DNA from: Polyangiaceae bacterium | GTDB taxonomy: Bacteria > Myxococcota_A > Polyangia > Polyangiales > Polyangiaceae | Direction: 5' to 3' | Assembly: GCA_965222375.1 (NCBI GenBank) | Contig: CBDCTZ010000015.1 | Span: 608,001-672,000, forward strand | DNA: 64,000 nt | In this document: piece by piece, positions 1-9,898 of the stretch | Numbering within the stretch: position 1 is the stretch's first letter | Layout: every line of letters starts with the position of its first letter | Program-made: the position numbers and the translations under genes | Notes under the pieces: model-generated | The model's input: the letters and a program-made list of their open reading frames with translations, nothing else | What the model was told of the DNA's origin: nothing | Databases searched by the model: none

Positions 1-149
1 TGACTGCTGTTCAGGAAACTGCAATCTTGGTTATTTGTGCGGTTAGCGCCCATGGATCCTCTGACTGCAAACCGAGTGGCCGCGATGGGCCCCGGAGAAG
101 CGGTCGTCAAGACGGGGGCGTCCGGGTCCGGACCGAATGCGCGTTTCAT
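1..149 (-). CDS. Possible 5' end of a PP2C-family Ser/Thr phosphatase, running off the window edge
   Basis: Manual translation MKRAFGPDPDAPVLTTASPGPIAATRFAVRGSMGANRTNNQDCSF resembles PP2C motif 1 (G..R..NED). GGAGG lies upstream. Confidence 0.3.
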   Translation of the reverse strand, partial: MKRAFGPDPDAPVLTTASPGPIAATRFAVRGSMGANRTNNQDCSFLNSS

Positions 150-524
150 TGCACCCCCATCCCTCCTCGAGGACGCCACTGGGCGCCTTGGCTTTCGAAC
201 CCATGGTTTCAAACACTCGTCGTTGGGTGCGCTGCGGCGATGGGGCAGCAGCGCCTCGTTCAACGGCTCGAAACAGGTGGACTCCTCCGCGAGGGCGACG
301 CGCCGATAGCTGGCAACGAGAGCGTCGAACACACGGCTCTGCGTCGAAATCACAGACGGGATTTTTGGCGCGATTGCCCAAAGATGCCGACTACGCGGCC
401 CCCCGACGAACGCCTCTTGCCACCGGGGCCGTTCTGTAAAAAGGTTCCGCGCATCGATTCCTGGTCGCGACCGCGACCATTGCGCGGTTGCCAATGGTAG
501 CCGAAAGCCCCACGAGGATATCTC

Positions 525-2888
525 ATGACGATTCGACGAGTAGGCGTGATTGGCGCCGGTGTGATGGGCAGCGGCATCGCCGCACACATGGCCAACGCCA
601 GCATCGAGGTGGTGCTGCTGGACATCGTGCCGCCAAAGCTCAGCGACACCGAGAAGAAGGATCCGAAGGCGCGTAACGGCTTCGCCGACGGCGGACTAAA
701 GAAGGCCCTGAAAGCCAAGCCTGCGGCGTTCTTTCACAACAGCCGTGCCGAGCTAGTGACCACTGGGAACTTGGATGATCATTTCGACCTACTCAAGGGC
801 TGTGACCTGGTGATCGAAGCGATCATCGAGCGCTTGGACATCAAGCAGGATTTGTTCGCCAAGCTCGAGAAAGTGCTGCCCGCACACACCGTCGTCGCGT
901 CCAACACGTCTGGGCTACGCATCAAAGACATGCTCGAGGGGCGCAGTGCGGGCTTCAAGAAAAACTTCTTGGTGATGCACTTCTTCAACCCGGTTCGCTA
1001 TATGAAGCTTCTCGAACTGGTGGCCGGCCCGGAGACCGACAAGGCCGTGCTTCAGAGCATCGAGGACTTCGGTCGGGAAGTGCTGGGCAAAGGCATCGTC
1101 TACGCCAAGGACACACCAAACTTCGTTGGCAACCGCATCGGTACGCACGCCATGCTCTACGGCATTCAGCAGATGATCGCCGACGAGTTGGCACCGGAGG
1201 ACCTGGACGCCATCACCGGCCTGCCCATGGCCCACCCCAAGAGCGCCAGTTTCCGCACTGCGGACATGGTCGGGCTGGATACGGTGGTACACGTCGCGGA
1301 CAATTGCTACGCCGCGCTCACGGAAGATCCCGAGCGCGACGTGTTCAAGCTGCCCGAGTACATCCGCGAGATGGTCAAGAGCGGGCTGCTCGGGAACAAG
1401 ACCAAGCAGGGCTTTTACAAAAAGAGCAAAGCGGGCATCGAGACCTTCGACCCGTACAAGAAGGAGTACCGTGATAAGGCGGGCAACGCCGAGATCAAGG
1501 GCAAGTGCAAAGAGATCGGCGCGATCGAGGATCCCGCCGAGCGCGTCAAGAAGCTCTTCGAGGACACCGGCCCTGCCGGCACCTTCGCGTGGAAGCTCAC
1601 AGCGCGGGCACTGCTCTACTCGGCGAAGATGATTGGTGAGATCGCCGACAGCATCACTGCCGTCGATGACGCCATGTGCTGGGGCTACAATTGGGAGCTG
1701 GGTCCCTTCCAGAGCTGGGACGCCATGGACTTTGGCGCCGTGCTCGAACGCATGGAAAAGGATGGTCTGGAAATTCCCGACAACATCAAGAAGATGAAGG
1801 CGGCTGGGGCAACCGCGTTCTACAAGGACGGCAAGGTTTTCGAGCTCGCCAAGGGTGAGTACGTGACCCAGAAGACCGATCCCCGCAACAAGACCGTGCG
1901 CACCGTGCGCAATGGCGCAAAGCCCGTGCTCGAAAACGGCAGCGCGGAAGCCTGGGACTTCGGCGACGGCGTGCTCGGGGTCACCTATAAGAGCAAGATG
2001 AACAGCATCGATCCCGAAGTGATCCAGATGCTGAACGACGCAGTCGACCGCGCCGAAAAGGACTTTCGCGCCGTGGTCATCGCCAACGAGGGCGACCACT
2101 TTTCCGTAGGCGCCAACTTGTTCGGCGTCGTCGTCGCAGCTCAACAGAAGCAGTGGGACGAGATCGGCAAGATGGTCAGTGCGCTTCAGAATGCTGGTCA
2201 GCGCATGAAGTACTCGAAGATCCCCGTCGTGGCAGCACCCTACGGTATGGCCGTGGGCGGTGGTCTCGAAGTGTGTATGGCCGCTGACGCAGTCCAAGCC
2301 GCAGCCGAAACCTATGCTGGCTTGGTCGAGGTCGGCGTCGGGCTGATACCAGCCGGCGGCGGTTGCACTGCGTTGGTGTGGCGCGCCCTGGAGGGCATTC
2401 CCGAGGGCGCCGATGTCATCGTGCAGTCCCTGGTGGGCAAGGTGTTTCAGAACATCGCAACCGCGAATGTGGCAACCAGCGCTGGCATGGCCCAGGAGCT
2501 CGGCTACTTCCGCCGCAGCGACGGCATCAGCTTCGACAAGGCACGACTGGTCACCGAAGCGAAGGCTCGGGCGATTGGCATGGCGGAGAGCGGCTACCAC
2601 CCGCGTGCGCCGCGCTCACATAAGCTCCCCGGCGAGAGTGGTATTGCCACCCTCGGCATGCTGGTCGACTCCATGATCGCCGCTGGCTTCGCCACGGAAT
2701 ACGACGGCTTCATCGCGCGCAAGCTCGCCCGCATCCTCTGCGGCGGCGCCGGCGGCGCAGCGCGCCCCGTCACCGAGCAGGACATGTTCGATCTGGAGCG
2801 CGAAGTCTTCCTGAGCCTGTGCGGTGAGGAGAAGACGCTAGACCGCATGCAGCACATGTTGATGAAGAACAAGCCACTGCGGAACTAG
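525..2888 (+). CDS. fadN: 3-hydroxyacyl-CoA dehydrogenase / enoyl-CoA hydratase fusion (FadN/YusL type)
   Basis: GAGVMG Rossmann motif, SNTSG, HFFNPVRYM, GNRIG and WGYNWELGPF. C-terminal crotonase domain (GGGLE, GLVEVGVGLIPAGGG) ending KPLRN. GAGGA RBS. Confidence 0.92.
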   Translation: MTIRRVGVIGAGVMGSGIAAHMANASIEVVLLDIVPPKLSDTEKKDPKARNGFADGGLKKALKAKPAAFFHNSRAELVTTGNLDDHFDLLKGCDLVIEAIIERLDIKQDLFAKLEKVLPAHTVVASNTSGLRIKDMLEGRSAGFKKNFLVMHFFNPVRYMKLLELVAGPETDKAVLQSIEDFGREVLGKGIVYAKDTPNFVGNRIGTHAMLYGIQQMIADELAPEDLDAITGLPMAHPKSASFRTADMVGLDTVVHVADNCYAALTEDPERDVFKLPEYIREMVKSGLLGNKTKQGFYKKSKAGIETFDPYKKEYRDKAGNAEIKGKCKEIGAIEDPAERVKKLFEDTGPAGTFAWKLTARALLYSAKMIGEIADSITAVDDAMCWGYNWELGPFQSWDAMDFGAVLERMEKDGLEIPDNIKKMKAAGATAFYKDGKVFELAKGEYVTQKTDPRNKTVRTVRNGAKPVLENGSAEAWDFGDGVLGVTYKSKMNSIDPEVIQMLNDAVDRAEKDFRAVVIANEGDHFSVGANLFGVVVAAQQKQWDEIGKMVSALQNAGQRMKYSKIPVVAAPYGMAVGGGLEVCMAADAVQAAAETYAGLVEVGVGLIPAGGGCTALVWRALEGIPEGADVIVQSLVGKVFQNIATANVATSAGMAQELGYFRRSDGISFDKARLVTEAKARAIGMAESGYHPRAPRSHKLPGESGIATLGMLVDSMIAAGFATEYDGFIARKLARILCGGAGGAARPVTEQDMFDLEREVFLSLCGEEKTLDRMQHMLMKNKPLRN

Positions 2889-2974
2889 CGGGGCTCAGCC
2901 CAGCTGGCCGCACCGGCATGCCAACAGGCATCCTGGCGCGCGTCCTTGCTTTGCCCTCGCCAATATTAGCGACG

Positions 2975-3620
2975 TTAGCACTGCTTCCTGCGGCATAGCG
3001 GCGCGCGCCACGCCATCGGCTGAACGCCCCCCTGCAAGCTCACACGTGCGCCTTTCGAGGCAGTGCTTGGCGCAACCACGTAGCCCTTGCCATCACTTGC
3101 CACGCCCAGGGGTGAAGCAGCGGCCGACAGCATCATCGGTTTCGAGTTGAGAAGGTTGCCCAACGCATCCACACGCACACCCCACGAGCCGGTGCGCGAG
3201 TAGCCGGGAAATACGACCAGGAACTGGTTCCCGCTGGTGGCCAAGAAGGGTTGACCCAAAAAAAACACCAAGGACCGCCAACCGACTCATTGCAGCTGAA
3301 GACAGTACTGTGCACGGAATTGAACTCGACTTTGGGGGACAATGTCCAGCCGTGCACTGAGAGGGGTGGACGAGCAGCTGCGTAGCCCTTGGTGCCAAAC
3401 CCTCCGAGCGTTCCCAGCATGCTCACGCTTCGGGTGCGGACGGAGCTACCCTCGAGCCACGCCGCGAGATATCCGCCATCATTCGCTTTGGAGACCGCAG
3501 CGTGCTCCTCATTCGCGCTCGATGCCGCAACGTGCAGAGGCGCCACGTCAAGCGCCACGCCTTGCGCATCGAGACGCATGCCAAGTACATCGCCACTTGC
3601 GCCCGCCGTCGACCGGCGCG
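2975..3620 (-). pseudogene. Frameshifted fragment of a myxobacterial beta-propeller-like repeat protein
   Basis: Two frames carry the same repeat type (GMRLDAQGVALD..GGYLAAW and QFLVVF..GVRVDALGNLLN..GKGYVVA). They join at the A8 run at 3258-3265. No convincing start. Confidence 0.5.
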
Positions 3621-3670
3621 TCCATCTTGCTGTGCACACCTTAGAGTTTGCCGTTACACTCACTGGAATC

Positions 3671-4555
3671 ATGGGATTGGCACAGAGGCGGTGCTTGGGT
3701 CTCGGCGCGCTCACGCTAGCGTGCGCGGCCTGCGGCAGCAGTGAAAACGGCGATGCCGCAGTTGGCGGAGCATCCGGTGGCGGGGGCGACGATGCGGGTG
3801 TCGGTGGCGCTTGGGTAACCGGTGGTTACGGAGGGTCCTCGGCAAGCGCCGGAGCAGGTGGCAGTGGAAGCGCCGCTCTCGGCGGCAATGCGGGCCTTGG
3901 CGGAGGCGGCAGCGCGGGCGTCGGTGGTGGAAGCAGCGGAAGCGCGGGAGTTGGGGGTTCCGGCGGCGCGAGCACCTGGAACTGCTCGGGGACGTGTCTT
4001 GGTCTGTGCACGAATGTGATCGCAGCCGCGTGTACTTCTTCGGATCCAACCCTCTCGTCGCAGACCGCATGCGAGAGCGCTTGCCAAGAACTGGCCGGCA
4101 AGAATCCAAAGGAATGCGATTGCGATTGGAAGAACGTCCTCGAATGCGCCTCCGCCAGCTCGGTGCAATGCCCGAAGCAGACCTGCGTTGGTGGTGTGTG
4201 CGTGAATGAGCCGATAAAGTTCCTCGGCTGCGAGACCGAATTGGCAGTGTACGAGCTGTGCTCGACACCCTGCTTGCGAGAGGGTGCGCATGTTGGAGGC
4301 GGCTTGGGCGGCACAGGCGGCCTTCCGGGTTCCTATGAGCAGGCCGGCACACAATGCGCGTGTCCGGACCCGCTGAAACCGGGGGCACCCCCCGGCGCTC
4401 CTTGCCAAGACTTCTCCGACTGCGCTGAACACTGCTGCGACTGCCCCAAAGACAAGGGCAAGTACCGCACCCGCCTGTGCTTGAACGGCAAGTGCGCTTC
4501 CGCGACTGTGGCGTGCGAAAGCCCAGAGCCAGGGATTTGCTACGTGAATCCATGA
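3671..4555 (+). CDS. Cys-rich lipoprotein with Gly/Ser linker
   Basis: Signal MGLAQRRCLGLGALTLACAAC-GSS, long Gly-rich linker, then a C-terminal half with more than 20 Cys. Confidence 0.8.
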   Translation: MGLAQRRCLGLGALTLACAACGSSENGDAAVGGASGGGGDDAGVGGAWVTGGYGGSSASAGAGGSGSAALGGNAGLGGGGSAGVGGGSSGSAGVGGSGGASTWNCSGTCLGLCTNVIAAACTSSDPTLSSQTACESACQELAGKNPKECDCDWKNVLECASASSVQCPKQTCVGGVCVNEPIKFLGCETELAVYELCSTPCLREGAHVGGGLGGTGGLPGSYEQAGTQCACPDPLKPGAPPGAPCQDFSDCAEHCCDCPKDKGKYRTRLCLNGKCASATVACESPEPGICYVNP

Positions 4556-5586
4556 ACCGACTCGCCATCCACCTCGGTTGCGGCATCGGCTGGGCGCGCG
4601 GGGCGCTACTTCTCTCCTTCTTGGTCGCTGCGTGCGGCGCCCGCACCGTGGCGGACGATTCAAGCGCGAAGGAGGTCGCCACGCCCATCTTCCCGGTCGG
4701 GACGTACACCAATTGCGCCCGGGGAGTTAAGAACCTGGATGGCAACGTCTTCTTGAACGTAAGCGGTTTCGAGTCCGGCGCACGCCTGACGCTGACGCAA
4801 TCCGGGCGAACAGTAACTGCCGAGTACGTCGAGCATAGCGGAGAGGCTAGCTTGCTGGATTTTGTCGTCAGCACGAACACGGCGGCGACTCTTGCTGCAG
4901 CAGGGCAAGTGGCTCCTGGCTCGTCAGGTCTGTGCGTTCTCGGAGTGGGCGTAGGGAACCAGCAGTCGCACGCGGCGGAATTCAGCGCCAACGCAGGCGC
5001 GTTGACGTACGATTCGGGAACAGTCTTCGTCACTCTGCAGGGAACCATCAGAGGCGACCTTGGGCCGTGCGGCTCGCAGACATCACCCTCCAGCTCGTGG
5101 CTGTTGTGCCAGAACGGCCCCCCACCGCCGCCCGTTGACGCACCAGCGGTGTCCTCCAAGCACCACCAATTGCCCGTCGGCAACTATGCTTGCAGCTCGC
5201 AGATCGGAACGTTCCAGAAGGGCGATGGTTTCAACCAGTATGTTGCAAGCGGAGGGGATGGCGGCTCGCTCATGCTGACGCAGAGCGGTGAAGAGCTAGC
5301 CGCGATCTATAGCGGCGACTCACATGTCGCAGGCTCCTCGCGGTGGAGAGCCACGACGGGCACCACGGCGACACCCGACGTGAACCAGCACTTGACGGCC
5401 CCCTGCGCAGTTCTCACCGACCCAGGAGGTACACCGTCGCAAACTCCCGGGCGGCTGGCCCTCACCAGCGGCTCACTCACCGTCTTCGAATCTGCGCTCT
5501 TTCTCTCGTTCGCTGGCGTCATGGGCGCAGACTCCCCATGCCCCGGCGCACAGAAGGCGGGAAGCCTCCTCTGCTCGAAGCAATGA
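4552..5586 (+). CDS. Lipoprotein with two internal repeats of about 165 aa
   Basis: LVAAC-G lipobox and ATGA overlap with the upstream stop. Repeated blocks PVGxY..C, LTQSG, GxLT and LLC. Confidence 0.8.
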   Translation: MNRLAIHLGCGIGWARGALLLSFLVAACGARTVADDSSAKEVATPIFPVGTYTNCARGVKNLDGNVFLNVSGFESGARLTLTQSGRTVTAEYVEHSGEASLLDFVVSTNTAATLAAAGQVAPGSSGLCVLGVGVGNQQSHAAEFSANAGALTYDSGTVFVTLQGTIRGDLGPCGSQTSPSSSWLLCQNGPPPPPVDAPAVSSKHHQLPVGNYACSSQIGTFQKGDGFNQYVASGGDGGSLMLTQSGEELAAIYSGDSHVAGSSRWRATTGTTATPDVNQHLTAPCAVLTDPGGTPSQTPGRLALTSGSLTVFESALFLSFAGVMGADSPCPGAQKAGSLLCSKQ

Positions 5587-5596
5587 CGAACCCCCG

Positions 5597-6046
5597 TCAG
5601 CGTCTATAAACACCACTGATGAACGACTCAAGCTCACTGCTGAGCTGAATCGCGTGGTCGAGGTGGAGCTGCAACACGTCGATGCGCGTGATGATTCCAC
5701 AGAGCTCGCCATCTTTGAGCACAGGAAGATGGCGCAGATGCGTCTCGATCATCAACCGTTCCACCTCCCGCAGGCTGGCATCCTCTGTTGCCGTCGGAGG
5801 GTTCTTGATCATAACGTCAGCGACCGTCTTGGTTGCGAGCCCATCCGGCTCGGTACCGGCCACTTGCATGACCTCACGCCAAGTGATGATCCCCGCCACA
5901 CCACCGTGGTTGGGAATCACGAGGGAGTTCACCTCCTTCTCGAGCATGATCCGGGCACACTCGGTAAGCGGCTTGCCTGGCTCTATCGTATGGACAGTGC
6001 GGCCCTTTTTCTCGAGGAGCTCGCGAACGCCGGTAATCACATCCAT
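5597..6046 (-). CDS. CBS domain pair protein
   Basis: GIITWRE, VADVMIKNP and RHLPVLKDGELCGIITRID. GGAGG RBS before MDVITG. Confidence 0.9.
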   Translation of the reverse strand: MDVITGVRELLEKKGRTVHTIEPGKPLTECARIMLEKEVNSLVIPNHGGVAGIITWREVMQVAGTEPDGLATKTVADVMIKNPPTATEDASLREVERLMIETHLRHLPVLKDGELCGIITRIDVLQLHLDHAIQLSSELESFISGVYRR

Positions 6047-6070
6047 GTCAGCACCTCCCGAGTATCCGGT

Positions 6071-6086
6071 AGCAAGCCGCGTACCA
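6071..6086 (-). promoter_or_regulatory. Sigma54 (-24/-12) promoter of the CBS gene
   Basis: Minus strand TGGTACGCGGCTTGCT has GG-N10-GC spacing, about 25 nt upstream of the ATG. Confidence 0.65.
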
Positions 6087-6087
6087 C

Positions 6088-6108
6088 CAAACGCCGCTAT
6101 GGCGTTTG
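6088..6108. terminator. Hairpin at the end of the nqr operon
   Basis: CAAACGCC-GCTAT-GGCGTTTG forms an 8-bp stem overlapping the nqrM stop. There is no strong U-tract. Confidence 0.3.
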
Positions 6109-6264
6109 TCGCCTTCCGTAAACTCGTCGATGGGCGCAACTGCACTCGCTGCCGGAGCCACCGCATGAGCCTCGCAGTGCTGTTCCGTTTAGAAACAACC
6201 CCAGCGCCAGGCCGCCCATCGTCAGCGCAACGAGCACCACCGCCGCAAGTATCGTCAGCATCAT
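6097..6264 (-). CDS. nqrM: Na+-NQR maturation factor NqrM (DUF539)
   Basis: 55 aa with a TM helix followed by LRGSCGG..C.C. Lies directly after apbE. GGAGG RBS. Confidence 0.75.
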   Translation of the reverse strand: MMLTILAAVVLVALTMGGLALGLFLNGTALRGSCGGSGSECSCAHRRVYGRRQTP

Positions 6265-6265
6265 T

Positions 6266-7381
6266 TCAGGCACCTCCCCGCGAAGAACGCGCAAGTTCTG
6301 CAGGGAACCCCGGGGTAGCGCGCACGACGAGCGAGTCGCCGCGCTTGGAGACGAAGCGCGCGGCGAGCCCGCGCTGAACGGCCAGCTCGTAGCCTTGACG
6401 CTCACCGAGGACGTGCAGGGCCGTGGCCCAGGCGTCCGCCAATGCGGCACTCGCATGCACCACGCTCACCGAAACGACGGTGTGCTCGACAGGATATCCC
6501 GTACGCGGATCGATCAGATGTGAAACGCGACCCTGGGGCAGCATACGGAAGTTGCGATAGCTTCCGGAGGTCGCAATCGCCAGATCAGTCAGCTCGACGG
6601 CGGACGCAACTGCCCGCGAGTGCGGCTCGGGACTCTCGATACCCACGCGCCAGGCACGCCCGCTTCCGCTCCTGCCGCGCGCCAGGAGCTCGCCGCCAAT
6701 CTCGATCAGAAAGTTGCGGTAACCAAGGGCTTGTAGAGCACCACCCACGTCATCAATGGCTTGACCCTTCGCGATGGCAGACAGGTCACAACGCGCGTGT
6801 GCGCGGTGCTTGACCAAACGCTGTGCGGTGTGGTCCGTCGACAAGAAGGCGTGCCCAACCTTTTCCCGTGCACTGGCGACCTCTCGCTGGGTCGGCGGGG
6901 ACGAAGTGGGCTCTCGTGGTCCGAAACCCCACAGCTCGACCAGAGGGCCGACGCTTGGGTCGAGTGCCCCATGGCTGGCTCGACTCACCTCCAACGCCAG
7001 GTCGACCAAAGACAAGGTGGCCTTCGAAACGGGGACGCCGCCTGGCTCGGAACGACTATTGAAGCGTGATAGCTCGGAGGTCGGTTCATAGGTTGAGAAG
7101 CGCGTGCGCGCGCGGGCGAGCACGTCGCTGATCGCCCCCGCGACGCGCGTGCGCTCCTGGGGCGACAGCGCTCCCGCCAGTTTGACACGATAGCTGGTCC
7201 CCATGGTGGAGCCGGAAAAGCTTGAGTCTTGCCCGGACGGCGCCCGCCCGTACACGGCAAGGCTTGCGAGGGACAGCACGACCAGCACAGAGATCCATGC
7301 CTTGCGCGCACGCGCAGGGAGCTGGGGGCCACGGCGAGGGGCCCGCTTGCCAACCTGACTGCGGGATCTAGAACTCGTCAT
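6266..7381 (-). CDS. apbE: FAD:protein FMN transferase
   Basis: GSTMGTSY, LDPSVGPLVELWGFG, DLSAIAKG, EIGGE, ATSGSYRN, SHLIDPRTG and ADAWATA. Start uncertain. Confidence 0.93.
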   Translation of the reverse strand: MTSSRSRSQVGKRAPRRGPQLPARARKAWISVLVVLSLASLAVYGRAPSGQDSSFSGSTMGTSYRVKLAGALSPQERTRVAGAISDVLARARTRFSTYEPTSELSRFNSRSEPGGVPVSKATLSLVDLALEVSRASHGALDPSVGPLVELWGFGPREPTSSPPTQREVASAREKVGHAFLSTDHTAQRLVKHRAHARCDLSAIAKGQAIDDVGGALQALGYRNFLIEIGGELLARGRSGSGRAWRVGIESPEPHSRAVASAVELTDLAIATSGSYRNFRMLPQGRVSHLIDPRTGYPVEHTVVSVSVVHASAALADAWATALHVLGERQGYELAVQRGLAARFVSKRGDSLVVRATPGFPAELARSSRGGA

Positions 7382-8594
7382 AGGCAATGTTCTCCGCCTC
7401 GACGCCGATGTCAGTCAGCATGGCTCTGCAGGCCTGGATCATTTGCGGGGGGCCACACAGATAGAATTCCACGTCCTCTGGAGCGGGGTGAGTGGCCAGG
7501 TAGTCGTCGAACACTACCTGGTGAATGAACCCCGTTGCGCCGGTCCAATCGTCCTCGGGTAGTGGCTCCGAGAGCGCTAGATGAAAGCTGAAGTTCGGAT
7601 GCTCGCGAGCTAGCCTCTCGAAGTCCGAAACGTAGAATGCCTCACGTAGGCTGCGCGCGCCGTACCAGAATGACAATTTGCGAGCCGTCTGGACCCGGTG
7701 AATCTGGTCAAAGATCATCGAGCGCAGCGGTGCCATGCCTGCGCCGCCACCGACAAAGACCATTTCCGCTTTCGTCTCTTTCACGAAGAAGTCGCCGTAG
7801 GGGCCAGAAATCTCGACGTCGTCCCCCGGCTCCAACCCGAACAGCCACGACGAGGCCTTCCCAGGTGGCGCCCCGGGCGCACCCGCTGGCGGAACTGCAA
7901 TTCTCACGTCGAGCATCACCACACCCGTTTCCGTGGGAGCGCTGGCAATCGAGTACGCTCGATAGACTGTTTCACTTTCGGCAACCTCGGAGGTCAGGGA
8001 CCACAGATCTTGCTGACTCCAGGTCGCTTGGAACTGCTCTCCTACGACTATGTCGCGATAGGACATGCGGTGAGGGGGCACCTGTACCTGAATGTAGCCG
8101 CCCGCGTGATAGGGAACCGACTCCCCCTCGGGCAGCTCCAACACCAACTCCTTGATGAAGGTCGCCACGCTTTCGTTGCTGCGCACTTTGCACTGCCAGC
8201 GCCGGGTGCCCAGTACTGCTTCCGGTAATTCGATGCGCATGTCTTCGCGAACCTTGATTTGGCAAGACAGGCGAACGCCGCGCCGCTCCTCGCCTCGGCT
8301 CACGAGAGAGCGCTCAGTCGGCAGGAGCCGGCCACCGCCGTCCGCAACGACAACCTTGCACACGCCACAAGTCCCTTTGCCGCCACATGCTGAGGGAAGG
8401 AACACCTCTCGAGCTGCCAACGTCGACAGCAGGGTTTCCCCGACTGGCGCTTTCAGCTCGCGGGTCGGATCATCGTTGATGCTCAGCCGGGCCGAACCAC
8501 TCGGCGCTAGGCGAGCCTTCGCCGCCAGCAGCGTGGCCACCAGCGCGAGCACGATGACCGTGAACGCCAGCGCTCCGACAACGACCGTCAACAT
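7368..8594 (-). CDS. nqrF: Na+-NQR subunit F
   Basis: N-terminal TM, 2Fe-2S motif CGGKGTCGVC..RLSCQ, RAYS, GGGAGMAPLRS, WYGARS and YLCGPP. Confidence 0.95.
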   Translation of the reverse strand: MLTVVVGALAFTVIVLALVATLLAAKARLAPSGSARLSINDDPTRELKAPVGETLLSTLAAREVFLPSACGGKGTCGVCKVVVADGGGRLLPTERSLVSRGEERRGVRLSCQIKVREDMRIELPEAVLGTRRWQCKVRSNESVATFIKELVLELPEGESVPYHAGGYIQVQVPPHRMSYRDIVVGEQFQATWSQQDLWSLTSEVAESETVYRAYSIASAPTETGVVMLDVRIAVPPAGAPGAPPGKASSWLFGLEPGDDVEISGPYGDFFVKETKAEMVFVGGGAGMAPLRSMIFDQIHRVQTARKLSFWYGARSLREAFYVSDFERLAREHPNFSFHLALSEPLPEDDWTGATGFIHQVVFDDYLATHPAPEDVEFYLCGPPQMIQACRAMLTDIGVEAENIAYDEF

Positions 8595-8604
8595 TTGCGC
8601 CCCC

Positions 8605-9219
8605 TCATAGCCGCACCCCGGCGAACGCCATGAAGCACATCGCCATCAAACCCGTAGCGATAAACGTGATACCAAGCCCGCGCAGACCCGCTGGCACGTT
8701 GCTGTAGCGGAGGCGCTCCCGCACAGCGCCCAGCGCGATCACCGCCAGCGCCCACCCGACGCCGGACCCAACACTGAAGGACAGGCTTTCAGAAAATGTG
8801 TAATCGCGTTCTGCCATGAACAGCGACGCGCCCAAGATTGCGCAGTTCACCGCGATCAAGGGCAGGAACACGCCGAGAGATGCCGACAGTCGTGGCAACT
8901 TCCGATCCATGAAGATCTCCACGACCTGCACCGTGGCAGCAATGGTTCCGATGAAGACCAAGTACACCAAAAAGGACAGATCCACGGAACCTAGGGCCGG
9001 ATGCAACCACGCGAGAGCGCCTTCTCGCAGAACGTAAGTGAGGAAGAGCTGGTTCAGCGGGCACGTGAGGGTCAGCACAAAGAGGACCGCCATGCCGAGA
9101 CCGAAAGCGGTCTCGAGCCGGCGCGAAACTGCCAGGAAGGAACACAGCCCTAGGAAGAAGGCGAGCGCCATGTTGTCTACAAAGGCGGCGCGCAGGGCAA
9201 TGCTCAGATAGTGCTCCAT
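8605..9219 (-). CDS. nqrE: Na+-NQR subunit E
   Basis: MEHYLSI..NMALAFFLGLCSFLAVS, FLPLIAVNCAILG and VPAGLRGLGITFI. Confidence 0.95.
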   Translation of the reverse strand: MEHYLSIALRAAFVDNMALAFFLGLCSFLAVSRRLETAFGLGMAVLFVLTLTCPLNQLFLTYVLREGALAWLHPALGSVDLSFLVYLVFIGTIAATVQVVEIFMDRKLPRLSASLGVFLPLIAVNCAILGASLFMAERDYTFSESLSFSVGSGVGWALAVIALGAVRERLRYSNVPAGLRGLGITFIATGLMAMCFMAFAGVRL

Positions 9220-9220
9220 C

Positions 9221-9898
9221 TCACTCTCCTGGTGCCTCGGCGAGTTCCTCGGGTTCCTCGATGACAACCGTCGCTTCTTCCTCGACTTGCTCCGGCTTCC
9301 AGGTGCGCAAGCCCCAGATCAGCAGTCCGATGATGAAGAAAGCCGCGGGCGCAAGCACTGCGAGGCCGTTCGGCACGTACCAGCCTCCGTCCTGGACCAA
9401 GGGCAGGATCGGAACATCGAGCAATGTGCCAGCGCCAAGGAGCTCACGCACGCCGCCGACGATGACGAGGACGAGGCTGTACCCGACCGAGTTGCCCAGG
9501 CCATCGAGCAGGCTGGGTAGAGGTGCGTTCTTCATCGCGAAGGCCTCAGCGCGCCCCATCACGATGCAATTCGTGATGATCAGCCCAACGAACACACTGA
9601 GTTGTTTGCTGATCCCGTAGACGTAGGCCTTGAGCACTTGATCCGTCACGATAACGAGCGACGCGATGATCGTGAGTTGGATGATGATTCGAACCTCTCG
9701 CGGGATGGACCGGCGCAGCACACTCACAGAGACGTTCGCCAAAGTGAGCACGGCGGTCAGGGCGGCAGACATCACCAGCGCAGTTTCAAGCTTGGCGGTT
9801 ACTGCCAAAGCCGAACAGATGCCTAGCACCTGAATCGTGATCGGGTTGTCGTTGAACAACGGATCGATCAACGTCTTGCGATGGCTGCTCACCGTCAT
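9221..9898 (-). CDS. nqrD: Na+-NQR subunit D
   Basis: [39 protein letters not shown] and GGWYVPNGL. Confidence 0.95.
   Translation of the reverse strand: MTVSSHRKTLIDPLFNDNPITIQVLGICSALAVTAKLETALVMSAALTAVLTLANVSVSVLRRSIPREVRIIIQLTIIASLVIVTDQVLKAYVYGISKQLSVFVGLIITNCIVMGRAEAFAMKNAPLPSLLDGLGNSVGYSLVLVIVGGVRELLGAGTLLDVPILPLVQDGGWYVPNGLAVLAPAAFFIIGLLIWGLRTWKPEQVEEEATVVIEEPEELAEAPGE

Noticed and set aside
100..160. GGGGGTGCA on the minus strand resembling a tmRNA/tRNA 5' end
   Set aside because: No TTCGAC D-loop-like motif or T-arm follows. It is better explained as the leader of a coding frame.
915..2600. 561-aa antisense ORF, and similar ones such as 3711-5183, 38324-39226 and 62552-63772
   Set aside because: Shadow ORFs of high-GC genes with no motifs. 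The opposite strand carries clear families.
2934..2950. TGGCGCGCGTCCTTGCT sigma54-like site
   Set aside because: GG-GC spacing is 11 rather than 10, and no gene lies immediately downstream.
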